Source of the DNA: Vicugna vicugna
Taxonomy: Eukaryota
Assembly (NCBI GenBank): GCA_013265495.1
Contig: MU058658.1
Location: 124,001 to 188,000 of the forward strand
Direction of reading: 5' to 3'
DNA: 64,000 nt
Positions 11,693 through 24,075 of the stretch are shown piece after piece (position 1 is the first letter of the stretch; every line of letters starts with the position of its first letter). Both the position numbers and the translations under genes were made by a program. Under the pieces are notes generated by a model. The model was not told the DNA's origin, ran no database searches, and saw only the letters and a list, made by a program, of their open reading frames with translations.

Positions 11693-14600
11693 CTAAAGAG
11701 GGAAAGAAAAATCAAAAGAGGCAGTTTATACATACAAAAATGGAGGTCAACTCTCTCCCGCCTTTCCAGTCAAATATGGAACCTTCTGCCTCCTGGGGAA
11801 GCCTTCCACAAAGGTTCACTGATCATTTACTACGTGCCAGGCATGGAGAAAATATTGGGGAGCAAAGCTCACATACTAATGGGGTTTCCAGACTCCAGTT
11901 TGGAGCTTGAAAAGTGGGTAGTGACCTCTTCCCACAGGAAGAGCCTTCAGGGACCTTGACTCTACGGAGCCTGATGAGACCCTCGAGCTGAGAACAGCTT
12001 CTGCCTCCTTGGAGAAGCTGGGGGTGACTCCGCCATGTGGAGGGACCGGGCACTCAGTGGGGTCCACCTGTGAGCCAGACTGGGAACAACAGGCTAGTAC
12101 CTTGAACTGTCCCATCTCTGAGATCTTGTCCCTGGTTTTGTCCTTGGTCTACAGCCTCTCCAGGTTCTCTTTCTTTCTGCGTATTTTGTCTCGATCTTCG
12201 ATTTTGAAACCAAACCTAAGTGAGTAAAACAGAGAATTAAAACAGCTGCTGTCCACGAGCCTCACCACTGCTCTTCTCATAAGGCACAGGGGAGAGAGGG
12301 GTGATTTCCTTGAGGCCTAATTCCAAAATCGTTGGCGTTCCTTACGTCAGCTGGGAACGCCTGTCAGACCTCAGGATAGAGCTCAAAACCTGTGTCACGT
12401 CCCTAGTACTTCAGACCTCGTGTCGGCTTTCATGTCCTGGACGTCCCTGTGGTCCCCGCATTACGAGGGTAGGTCTTGCCCCAAAGTATCATGCCTGTTC
12501 CTTCGCGCTTCCCTCTGCCTGGAGTTGTCTTCCCAGCTTCTGTACTTCCTCTCAAAAATGCCTATGTTTATTCCATGACCCAGGATGGAGCAATGTCTTC
12601 TAGAAAGACATCTTTTATCCCGTAAGACCTGGTCAATTGCTTCCCCTTATTGTGCCCATAGACACACACACACACAACCTCACGTTCAGTTACTACTTTT
12701 GGTTTTCAGGGGTTCCTAGTAGAATAAGCATGAGTCTAGAGCCCCAAACCAGACTTTAGAAAAGTCACGTACTATCACTGAACTTGTCACCTCCTTCCTG
12801 AAGGCACAGACCACACTCTGCAGATGAATAAGTGATTGTTTTGCAAGAGCTGCACATAGGTGGCCCTAGTTCCTTCATCCAAACCAGAAAGCCCTTTTTC
12901 CAGCTGTCCCACTGATATCTATGAGAAATTGTCCCTGTGTGGGGAAGCCATTCAGAGATTTCTCGCTGTGTGTGTACCTGCCAATATCCTGACTTCATAA
13001 GGAAGAATGTATTCAGCTTTGAATTCTGAGGAGAAAAGTAGCCCCAGAGATACTGGGATGGCTTCTCTGGGGCACGGCTGGCTTCGTATTTCCCCACTGA
13101 CTTTTCTTCTCGCCCAACCCATGTTCCTCCTTTCAGAATCACCCCGAACCACTTACTCAAAAGTCAGTCGGCCATTGAAATCTCTTCTCTACAGAATCTC
13201 TCAGCCTTCACCGTGACACAGTCTCATCCTCCTCCTTGTGACTGTTCACCTGTCGCCTAACTCATTTCCCGTCCCCAGAATGGAGTTCCCGCCTCACTCT
13301 GGAGGATGAGCAGCTACTTCAAGCATGCCCTCCCCTCTGCCTTAACTCCTTCAGCATGTCCTCACCATCCAAAGGACAAAATGCTAACTCCTGGAGCAAG
13401 CATTTTCCAAGCGCCTGATCCACTTCAAGACGTCCGCTCACTGTTAGGCGCACAAGGAGTAATCAGAGATGGACCCCACCTCACAGCTCACAGGCTCATG
13501 GAAGATGGTATGTACAAAGCCCAAATGTGAGCTCTTCCATTAATTGTCCATGAACAATGGCCCAGACTTGAAGGCCCCATCGGTATCCCTATGTTACCCA
13601 ATTCTCCAGCCCGTAGACAGATTTACAGTTTTCTGGAAACAACGGGACATCTCTTAAGACTCCAGTCTGCCACAAATGCCGCTCTTACTCAGCCCTTGAT
13701 TCGGTCTTCCTCCGAAGAATTTGTTTTGCAAGCCCCGGTTCCAGTTTCCCTCTTGTGAAACTGTTGCTGACCAGATACATCTGCTTCCTTGTTTACACCA
13801 AAGACATCCGTGCACTCATAATTCTAAAGGTATTTCTGTTCCTCTCTATGAACACGTCACTACGCACTACAGTTCCTAGCACACAGTAGGCGCTTAGTAT
13901 GAATGCAAAGTGAAAAAATGAGGAAGGAAGGGAGGAGAGCAAAAGGGAAAGGAGCGACGGGCCCGCTGAGGTGTCCTGGCTTCCTGGCTACAGGAGGGAC
14001 CTCTGGTTTAAATACACAGACACACACACCGCCAACACCAGCACTGACAGAATCATATTCCATTTTAGGATTCTTTTTCAGAAATGGGCCTTAGACAGGC
14101 TGGTACATTTCCCCGAGCTAGAAGTTAAGTCTTTACAGTGGACGGTAATTCTGACCTCATGGGGTGATTAGAAAGGCTGAAGGGTGTGACAGAGCTAGAC
14201 CTTGACCAAATGCCTGGCTCACAGTCAGTGGAGATCACACTTCTTCCTTCCTTCGTTCAACAAATTCTGATTGAACGTCCTAGTCCAGGCAATGTTCTGA
14301 GCAGAAGGGATGCAACAGTGATTTTGACAGAAAAGAACCAAAGCGGGCGAGAGTGGGCCGCGGGGTCTGCAGCTCCCGGCTGGTGGGGCCCCCCTTCCCG
14401 AGGAAACAGAGCAGTCAGATGCCTCGTCACTCACCTGGACTCTTGACTCTGGAACCCCAATTTCTTTAGCCAGTTTCTCTCTGGAGTCAATCCCAGGATA
14501 AGGGTTGACCTTAAACTCCTCGATGAGAGTTTGCAGCTGGGAGTTAGTGTAGCTGGTGCGGGACCGCCTGTCCCCTCTGCCTGGAGGAGGTACAAGAGTG

Positions 14601-17600
14601 AGAGCAAAGGGACGTCTTGGAGATGAGTTACATGTTCTGACGGGGAACCCCACCATGTCCCACCGTCTCCATCGAACTTGGGACCTGCTGTGTCCCCTCG
14701 AGAGGGCCTCGTCCCAGGCTGCCCCAGGCGGAAGGCGCTGGGGGCCAGGCAGTGTTTGGCTGAGCTGCCAGACTCCCGCGCGGATAAGGGAAGCTGGAGA
14801 AAGTCTGAGGGCCCCTATGAGGAGGCGTTTCCAGGCGCCATGTTGACCCTTTGCCACCAGAAGACCTTGAACAGGTTTCTCCCTGAAGGAGAAAACATTC
14901 TCCCCCCCGACCCAGAGCAGTGTTGGCCCCACCATGAAGAGGCACGTGGGTGCCCAAGAGGCTCGGCAGGGGGCCAGGACGGGGGCAGGCGGCTCACCTG
15001 GGGTCTGCCCGGCGGGGGGGCCGCGGCCCTGGCGTGCATCTAAGTGCTCCTCGGGCCTCTTTGGGAACTGATGTCTGGCTCTTCGATTCTGAAACCATAT
15101 CTGGGCGGGGAAAAGAAAAGGAGGGCAGTAGCGTGCGCACAGCATCTCAGCCCCATTGCTGCCTTGCTCCAAAGAGAGCAATTCTTATGAGCCCTGCGCT
15201 CAGGGCTCTCCCTGATACCTGTTGCATTTGACTAAATCTTAGACCAGACTTCGGCATTTAGCATCTTCACAACCTGGTCCCTGCATGATTTGCTATGAAA
15301 ATCTTTTTAAGGTAACAAAGAGATGCTGCAGTTAGTGTGCGTTCAAGAACCACCTCGGTGGGGAGGGTGCAGCTCAGTGTTAGAGCAAGTGCTCGGTTCA
15401 GTCCCCAGCACTTCCATTAGATAGATAGGTAGGTAGGTAGATAGATAAACAAACCTAATTACCTCCCTCCAAAAACTGTAAAAAAAAAATGTTTTTTAAA
15501 AAGAACCACCTCAAGCCTAAATCTGCATCGCATATCAGTCCACTGATCCCTGGTCTACTGCACTTCATTGAAAGTGGATGAAAAGGGGAAGGTTGACCCT
15601 AACATCACCCACAGTTCTTCTGCAGTCTCACCGTGTCACCAGACCCTCGCCTACATCTGTGACCATGTCACATGTAATGACCTGCTTGGCTTTATGCCCT
15701 GGAAGAAGCGTGTCCTCCAGCCAGCACACCACACACACACTCCCTCTTCTCTGAAGGTGGACCAACACTTCTTGCCCACCCCTGGGAGCTCCTTCACCCC
15801 CAGTATCCACATCTGTTTGTTGGCTTGTTTGTATATATATCTTTTTACTGAAGGATAGTCAGTTTGCAATGTTATATCTACGTCTGGTGTGCAGCATAAT
15901 GCTTCCATCACACGTGGACATACATATATTTGTTTCTCACCGCAAGTTACTACAAGATATTGAATATAGTTCCCTGTGCTATACAGCGTAAACTTGTTAT
16001 TCATCTATTTTATACATAATAGTTAGTATCCACAAATCTTGAACTCCCAATTTATCTCTCCCATCCCCCTTAACTGTGACTTTGTTTTCAATGTCTGTGG
16101 TCTGTTTCTGTTTTGTAAATGTCACGTAAAATGTGCTCAATTAACAGCCCCCCCTCCCTTTCTCCTTCTAGTCTTAGAGAAATAGAACGTGTAGCTTACC
16201 TGGATTCTAGACTCTTCAGTATTGACTTGCAAAGCAAGCCTTTTTTTGGCAGCATAGCCTGGGTAAGGTTTTTGGTTGAAGGCATCAATGAGGATTTTCA
16301 ACTGCTCTTCTGTGAACTTGGTGCGGCTGCGTCTGCACTTTGCCGGCATGGGCTCTGGGGAGAGTAGAAGAGAAGCATTCAGTTGGCCACTTTCTATAGT
16401 CAAACGTTAGGTTCAAGCTTGTCTCTCATTTCCCCTTTTCTTTTTTTTTTCATCCTTTTTTCAGTTTGAATCCAACAGAACCCACTAGGAAAGAACTTTT
16501 ATATAATTATAAAGCCCTTAAGCACACAAGCATGATTCTTGACCTTCTTCAGCTGATCTGAATGCCATGACTAGGGAGTCAAGGTCTTCTGTTTAAAAAA
16601 AAAAAAAACAACATGAAAAATGGATGTGTTCTGTTCATGTGAATCAAGAACAACATGCGTTCAGGAAATGCAGGCAGTGTCAGCCCAATGCTGAGTACCT
16701 GAACTCACAGACATAAAGAGCGTCTACTGTAGGTACTGTTAAGCCCTCCTAATTTTTCTGGTTAAAATTCCTAGGTATGCACTGATTCATTTTGAAGTCC
16801 GTTGCCCTGTATATCAGGTCAATCTATAACTGACTCTATAAATAGGGTCAGTTTCCAAAATATTTTTTAAAACACTATGAGGAGAATAAAATTAATTGAA
16901 AAAGAAATTCCATACTTTCAGTAGAATCTTTAAATAGGGAATACATGCCAAGCTACATGGTTTTAGATATGGTACATCTCCCTGAAAACAGCCCGATCTG
17001 GAAATGCTGGGCATTCATTTTGGAACATATGACTTTGTAACACAATTAGACCTAGTGAACTGAAATGGAGATGAGCTGCTGGGAACGCTGGGGCTTCCCT
17101 GAAAGCACAGCTGTGCTCGTAGGTGGAGGAGACTCTGATGTGCTGAGTTGCTCTGATTGGCACCTCATACAAAGGGACAAGTTGAATCTTCTTTCTCTGG
17201 TAGTTTTGCAGTATTTCTGAGGTCACTCTCGAAAAACTCAAATCTCACCTTTATGCGAAATGAAAATCCAGTGAAAACTTTAACTGTGGCCACCCTTTAC
17301 CTTCCTTCAGCAAAATAAAGAATTTACTTGGATTCCTAATCCATGAGGGTGGTTTCTTGTTTGATCCTTGAGTACTTGTGCCTCCTTAGGTCAAGGTTTG
17401 GCATCTGGCATTTTTACAGCCCAGTCCCAACATGATTTGCCATCATAATCTTTATTTTAATTGAAGTACAGTTGACCTACAACCCTATGTTAGTTCCAGG
17501 TGCACAAAATAATGATTTGATATTTCTATACATTACAAATGATCACCACACTGCAGTAATCTTTTTTAAGTTAATACATATGTGCTTCAATGATTATGCA

Positions 17601-18470
17601 TTTAAGAACCACCTCAAGCCTAAATCTACAATTGCATACCAGCCCACTGCTCTCTGGGGTTGTATGTCACTGAAAGGGGAGGACTAACCCTAACATCACC
17701 CACAATGCCACTGGAATCTTCTCTCAATTCACCCCGGTCTTACCGCCATCTGAAATAAACTTATACATGTTTCCTTGTTTCTGTCTAAGTTTCCCTCTAT
17801 AGAATAAAATTCTACAAGACATTCTGCCCTGTCTTGTTCGCTATGGAACTCCCAATGAATGGAATTAGGACTGGCTGCATGATTTGTGAGGCTCAGTACA
17901 AATATTCCAATAAAATTATATTCCAATGAAAATGCTGGGTCCCTTATTCAAAACGTTTGTGAAAATTTTCAAGAGAGTGGGTAGGGGTATAGCTCAGTGG
18001 TAGACACGTGCTTGGTGTGCACAAGGTCCTGGGTTCAATCCTTAGTGCCTCTGGCAAGGGGGAAATTAATTAATTAATTTAAAAATTTCAGGAGGGCAGC
18101 AGCCGAGCATAAACCCTCTAAGCCTAGGGCGCTGGGCAGCTGGGCATGGCACTTACTACCTACTGCATAAGCATTTGTTGAAAGTTTGAATTACTGAGTA
18201 ACCCTCTAGCAAAAAAAAAAAAAAAGGTGCAAACAACAGCAACCCAAAACCCTTGGAAATGACCGCCACCACTCCAAACCATTCAAAATGGAATCAGAAA
18301 CCAAGAGAAATGACGGTTTGGAGAGAACTTCCAAATAGTTCGTGATGGAATTTTTCTGGTGACAAAGTGGTGTGCTCTGAGGTAAGTTGGAAATCCTCAC
18401 AAGGAAAAAGGTCCTCACAGGACTCCACCCATCTTATAGCTCCACTTACGTTATTCTCCTAGACTGTGTC

Positions 18471-18512
<42 letters not shown>

Positions 18513-20778
18513 TGGACTTTTTAAATTGAGCTATAGTTGACTTACTATACTGTGTTAGTTCAGGTCCATCCTTGCTGCTGCAAATGGTATTTCATTCGTT
18601 TTATGGCTGAGTAATATTCCTTACATATATACATACACACCACATCTTTATCCATCCATCTGTTGATGGACACTCAGGTTGCTTCCATGTCTTGGCTATT
18701 GTGTATAGTGCTGCTGTGAACACTGGGGTGCCTGTATCTTTTCAAATTAGAGTTTCGTTGGCATATATGCCCAGGAGTGAGATTGCTGGATCATAAGGTA
18801 GCTCTATTTTTAGCTTAAGGAACATCCATGGTGGCTACACCAATTTACATTCCCACCAACAGTGTATATATACTGTATATAGAATATGTAGCTACTATAT
18901 ATAAAATAGATAAAGGGCAAGTTTATACTGTATAGCACAGGGGACTATATTCAATATTTTGCAGTGAACTATAATGAAAAAGAACATGAAAACAAATAAA
19001 TGTATGTATATATACAGCTGAAACATGCTGTACACCAGAAATTGACGCCACTTTGTAAACTGACTGTAATTCAGTAAAGAATGGAAAAAAAGGATACACA
19101 CGTATCTAACTAGACACACAGACCTAGAGGACGTGCAGTACACTAGATCTGATGTCTGTGGCCGTCCTGGAGAAAGAAGAGGAGCGGTTAGGGAAATGAA
19201 GTGAACAGAGAGAAAACCCATGCAAAGCCAAGGTCTTGTTCAGATCTGTCATAGGATGTCAAGCTCACAGTGGCAGATCCCTAGTTTCCAAAGTTTGAAT
19301 TTTCCTAGGGAAGCTTGGATTTTTTCCTTCTTTGCTCACTGGACAAATATTTACTCACAGGATTACCAGGTAGGTCCTGGTAGAATGAACTAGAATATTT
19401 TCATCTAATTTCAATTCTTCAAAATAACATTTCTAAAGCACCTACTAAGAGCCAGATCCTGTTCTAGGCACTGTTAACAAAATAGGCAAGATATCTCTGA
19501 CCTTAATGAAGAGTCAGGAGATTTAAAAAAAAAAAGTGAAAATATAGAGTGTGTCAGGTGGTAAATATTTCCACTGCAAAAAAAGAAGGAAGGAGAGAAA
19601 GTGGAGGATGCACAGGGTAAGGCCATGATTTTAATAAGTGAAGTAGTCAGGGAAGACCTCCCTGAGAAAATGACTTAAGCAAAGACTTGAGGCCAATGAC
19701 AGAGGGAACGATGTTGACATTCAGGAGAGAAACTTTGCAAGAACTGAGAACAGCAAGTGGGAGTCTGCTTGGCCTGTTCAAGATACAGCAAAAAGGCTGT
19801 AAAGTCTGGAGAGGTGGAAACAGAGCAGAAGCAGACGAGGTCCTAGACCTCCCAGGCGGGGTAGATTATATAGGACCTCTCGGGGCCAAGTGCCTTTGAC
19901 TCCTGGTGTGGCGGGAAGTCACTGAGGGGTTTGGAGCAGATAAGAAGACTGGATAGTGTAATAAGATCACACAAGCTGCAGGGTTGAGAACAGACGGAAT
20001 CAGCTCCAGGGTGGAAGCAGGGAGATCAAGTCGGAGGACATCACAGTGATCTAGTGACTGTGGTGGGAACAGACCGAGAAATGGTCAGGAGATCCCCAAA
20101 ATACTTGGATGGTAAAGCCAACAGAATTTTCAGCCTGATTAGATACAGATGAGACAAAAACAGGGCCAAGGATTTTTCTAGGTTTCTGACATGAGCAACT
20201 GGCATTTCTCGAGCAAGGAAACCAGTTGGAGGAGGAGTCTGGGTCTGAACATCGAGGATTCGGTTTGGGACAGGCTGGGCTTGAGACGCCTGTTACAGGC
20301 AAGCAGGCAGTTGCATAGACAAAGCCAGAGCTCAGGACAGATGCTGAGTCTGTAGAGGGAAACCTGGAAGCTCCCTTTGATTCCAAAGACACTCTGGTCC
20401 CAGGAATATTTGATGCCTCCCATCGGTTTTTTTTCTTTTCTTTTCTTTTAGTGTGTCTCTCTCCTATTCCTTCTTCCCATCTATTCTTTCCTCCCACCTC
20501 CATCCCAGAAACAATCGTTTGTATTGTTTAGTTCTTGAATGTCTTTCCAAAGTTCCCGGTACTTAGATGCGCACAGGATGGTATATTTTCACATCACATG
20601 AGAGAAACTGGCTTCCCCTGACCCTAGCACCATTACTTAACAGAGTACAAAACAGGACTCCCACAACATCTGACAAGCCCACGAGGTTTTCAGCCCTATT
20701 TCCCACCCAAACCAAGGAAACCACAACGGCAGTCTGGTGTGCAAGTAACTTACGTTTTGGAAATTTGTCTTCAGCCAT
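11676..20778 (-). CDS. DUXA: Double homeobox A, 186 aa; join(20778-20754,16354-16200,15100-14998,14580-14435,12215-12101,11692-11676)
   Basis: All junctions are GT/AG and in phase (25+155+103+146+115+17=561 nt). Two PRD-class homeodomains: RRSRTKFTEEQLKILIDAFNQKPYPG...SRIQ/IWFQNRRAR and RRSRTSYTNSQLQTLIEEFKVNPYPGIDSREKLAKEIGVPESRVQ/VWFQNRRSR. N-terminus MAED as in recalled human DUXA; syntenic between ZIM3 and ZNF264. Confidence 0.93.
12101..12215 (-). CDS. DUXA: DUXA exon 5 (VWFQNRRSR...)
   Basis: ttttactcacttag|GTTTGGTTTCAAAATCGAAGA... to CAAG|gtacta; 115 nt, no stops. Confidence 0.9.
14435..14580 (-). CDS. DUXA: DUXA exon 4 (homeodomain 2, helices 1-2)
   Basis: cctcctccag|GC... to CAG|gtgagt; 146 nt. 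Confidence 0.95.
14998..15100 (-). CDS. DUXA: DUXA exon 3 (IWFQNRRAR, linker)
   Basis: ttccccgcccag|ATATGG... to CCAG|gtgagc; 103 nt. Confidence 0.93.
15357..15500 (+). mobile_element. tRNA-derived SINE with TSD AAGAACCACCTC
   Basis: TSD at 15345-15356 and 15501-15512. Confidence 0.9.
16200..16354 (-). CDS. DUXA: DUXA exon 2 (homeodomain 1, helices 1-2)
   Basis: ctctccccag|AG... to CAG|gtaagc; 155 nt. Confidence 0.95.
17977..18080 (+). mobile_element. tRNA-derived SINE
   Basis: TATAGCTCAGTGGTAGA...GGTTCAATCC. Confidence 0.85.
18473..18508. repeat. (TG)n microsatellite
   Basis: Directly visible. Confidence 0.95.
18515..19092. mobile_element. LINE-1 3' fragments in both orientations in DUXA intron 1
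   Basis: Antisense L1 3' sequence at about 18515-18865, then a sense L1 tail at about 18890-19092. Confidence 0.8.
19400..20375. mobile_element. LINE-2 remnant
   Basis: Degenerate L2-like motifs (ctgttctaggcactg, gtcagggaagacctccctgag, ttgagacgcctgttac). Confidence 0.6.
20754..20778 (-). CDS. DUXA: DUXA coding exon 1 (MAEDKFPK)
   Basis: aacATGG Kozak context; AAAC|gtaagt donor; phase 1 matches exon 2. Confidence 0.88.
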
Positions 20779-20839
20779 GTTGGAGGAAGAGTTCCAAAGT
20801 CAGACTCCGCCAGGAGACTGAGAAACAGCAACTGGTGGG

Positions 20840-20930
20840 GCTTTTATCTGATCCACCTGGATGGCCCCTCCCACTAATCTAATCATTAGTGGCTGATCCG
20901 AGAAGTTTACCTTTACTGATTATTTCATTT
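20840..20930 (-). promoter_or_regulatory. DUXA proximal promoter with TATA-like ATAAAA and DUX-family motif
   Basis: TTTTAT at 20842-20847; TAATCTAATCA at 20875-20885 matches the DUX4-type TAAYYYAATCA consensus. Confidence 0.7.
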
Positions 20931-21764
20931 CTTAAGCCAGCCTACACCCGATTAATCTGGGAAAGACTAGATAGGATTTTTTCCTTCCCTTGATGGAGAT
21001 TTAACAACCTATACCAACCTCGACACTTGCGCAAGAGTGTTTTTGAGTATATGCCGTTTACACACCTTTTCCCAAACGTTTATTTTATACATATGTATTT
21101 TTCTTTGAAATTGCTTCTTCATACTCTTCACTTATCTCTTGAAGTGGTGGCTTTTTCTTATTAAATTAGTAATTAGTCTCAGGATTAGGATGAGGCAGGT
21201 AAGCCTCTCATTTCCAGGGAGCGATATTTAAGGGGGTGGGTGGGGTGCTAAGAATTCTGTGATCAAAATAAATAACGTTTGAATGCAATACTTAAAAATT
21301 AATGGCAAAAAAAGCCACACTTGCAAAATGTAAAAATTCTAAATAAAAACAGAATCCTATCCTGCAGCGACAGGAGTTATGCACGTGAGGGTGCATACGC
21401 ATGAGTAAAAAGGCATTTTCCTTGCAATTCCTTCTTGAAGTCAATGATCAGTCTGGAGGGAAGTTGACAAGTTCTTTTACTTCTTTATAGCTGTGTAGCA
21501 CAGGCAACTACATTCAATTTCTTGCAGTAACCTATAATGAAAAAGAATATAAAAAGGAATACACATATGTGTATGTATGACTGAAACAACACGCTGTACG
21601 CCAGAAATTGACACGACATTGTAAACTGACTGTACTTCAATTAAAAAATAAATATTTGTTGATAAATTTCCTCTTAATTGTCATTTACAAACATGCAGCA
21701 CTGAGGACCACTAGTGCACAAACACCTCCTCGAGAAGCCTCTAGACAGATATATATATAGATAG

Positions 21765-22735
21765 ACTGTTTTCTGAATTGGTTGTCAGATTTCTGGAATT
21801 GGCTGTCCAATTGGATTAGATTTAAAGATGCTGATGGCTCTTAAATAAATAAATAATTTTTAAGGATATGCTGATGGGTCTATTCCTAGCACTAAACTGA
21901 GCACTGATAGTACACAGTGTGAGCTGTTTGTAGAGATACGCAAAATACCTCCACTGGGTACTCTTAATCAGCCACTTATAAGACGTGACGGGATATGTAT
22001 AGTGGAATCACTTTGCTTTACACCTGAAACTAACGTTGTAAACTGACTACACTTCAATACAAAAATAAGAATTATTAAAAATTTTAAAAAGAAGCTAAAG
22101 GACTCTGTGTATGATACTTTCGAACGTTTTTGGAAAACTGAGGAATATAACAATGTCGGGTGGTCGCTCCTAACGTGGCTGTACAGGGTGGTGAAAGGAA
22201 AGGATGAGTTCAGGGATTTCAATTCCCAGGTCGTTAAAGACACAAGTGACCTAAGACCTGTGAGAGCCCCAAAGAAGACCCTTACCTCCTGTGGACACAG
22301 GGCTGAAATTGCTGGAAATCAAATGCAAAACCTCATGCTGGGATTGGCTGAATTATAACACACATTGAACTCCCAGCTTCACAGGGGATCTACTTTCAAC
22401 GTGAGGGCACTGACTGGGGAAAAATGGGATGAGGCTATGTGGGAAGACCTTGATGAAAATGAGGACATTGAGACCCTAAATTCTGTTGGGACGTCTTTGT
22501 CCGTGGTAAAGGTCTCCTCTCCCCCACTGACAGCACCCATGGGCCGTGGCAGCCCCACCCTCAGTGGTATCCCCTCCCTCTCTGGGTAATCAACCCTGCA
22601 TTGCCTGAAGAAAGAGCAGTTGCCTTCCCTGAAGCAGCTGCCATGCATGACAATGGAGATACTACCCAGGACCCACCTCCACTAACCTTCATGCTTTTAG
22701 AACTGGAACTCCACACTCAACCCCAGTGGGCCCCT
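21765..22735 (+). mobile_element. ERVL-class internal (gag) remnant
   Basis: Degenerate ORFs (VGWSLLTWLYRVVKGKDEFRDFNSQ; VRALTGEKWD...WEDLDENEDIETLNS) resemble ERVL gag. Confidence 0.75.
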
Positions 22736-23159
22736 GTGGCGGGGATTCAGGATGCAGGGAAATAGGGCATTGGCCCTAGATAGTTAAGGTGCATACTAAA
22801 GAACAATTTTAATAAGCCCAGCATCTTCCCAGATAGTAAAAAGCACTAAATTCATTAGCGTGACATATCTGGTTTGATTTAATTATCAGTAATCTTTTGA
22901 TGTTCGACTACCTGTTTTGTTTGTTTGTTTGTTTAAAAAAACTCCTCTATATCCTGACGCCTCTGTTACCTCTCTGGAACAGTCCCTCAGAGCTGAGAGT
23001 CCTCAGTAAGTCTGTGGAATAAAACATAATTCTCAGCTTTTAGGTTGTGCTTCCCTCGCCACCAGTTTATAGTTTCGGTGACCAATGAGTGGACCCAGAG
23101 CAGACTTCTCTCCTGGTTCTCAGATCTCCTGTTACTGGCTAACCTAAAAAATAGAAACC

Positions 23160-24075
23160 TAAATTTTTTGTTTTTAGTGAAGTATGTTGATTTCCAATGT
23201 TTCAGGAGTACAGCCAAGTGATTCAGTTATATATATGTGAATAGAAGTATACTGTTATACATATATGTTCTTTTTCAGATTCTCTTCCATTATAGGTTAG
23301 TACAAAATATTTTATATTGTTCCCTGTGCTATACAGTAGGTCCTTGTTATCTGTTTTATATATAGTAATGTGTATCTGTTAATTCTAAATTCCTAACTTA
23401 TTCCTCCACCCCCCGTTTCCCTTTGGTAACCATAAGTTCGTTTTCTATGTCTGTGAGTCTGTTTCTGTTTTGTAAATAAGTTCATTTGTGTCCTTTTTTA
23501 GGTCCCACATATGAGTAACATTACATGATATTTGCCTTTCTCTGTCTGACTTACTTCACTTAGTGTGATAGTGTGATAATCTCTAAATTCGTCCATGTTG
23601 CTGCAAATGGCATTATTTTTATTCTTTTTTTATGGCTGAGTACTCCTTTCTATATATACCACATCTTCTTTGTCCAGTCATCTAGTCAATGGACATTTAG
23701 GTCGCTTCCATATCTTGGCTATAGTAAATGGTGGTGCTATGAACACTGGGGTGCATGTATCTTTTCAAATTAGAGTTTTTGTCTTTTCCAATATATGCCC
23801 AGGAGTGGGATTGCTGGATCATATAGTGACTTTACTTTTAGTTTCTTAAGGAACCTCCATATTCTTCTCCATAGGACCTGCACCAAGTTACATTCCCATC
23901 AACAGTGTAGGAGGGTTCCCTTTTCTCCAGACCTTCTCCAGCATTTATGATTTGTAGACTTTTTGATGATGGCCATTTTGACCAGTGTGAGGTGACACCT
24001 CACTGTAGTTTTGAATTGCATTTCTCTAGTTAGCGATGTTGAGGATCTTTTCACGTGCCTGTTGTCCATCTGTAT
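23160..24075 (-). mobile_element. LINE-1 3' fragment inserted into an ERV
   Basis: L1 3' motifs in antisense; flanked by similar aacctaaat/aacctaagt sequence. Confidence 0.85.

Noticed and set aside
14225..15181. 318-aa single-exon homeobox gene
   Set aside because: Explained by DUXA exons 3-4 plus an open intron; it starts at a non-ATG codon and lacks a complete homeodomain.
18250..18387. Plus-strand strong donor GAG|GTAAGT at 18382, a possible antisense exon with an FGEN peptide
   Set aside because: Stops in the candidate frames, no matching acceptor or promoter found; a single consensus donor is expected by chance.
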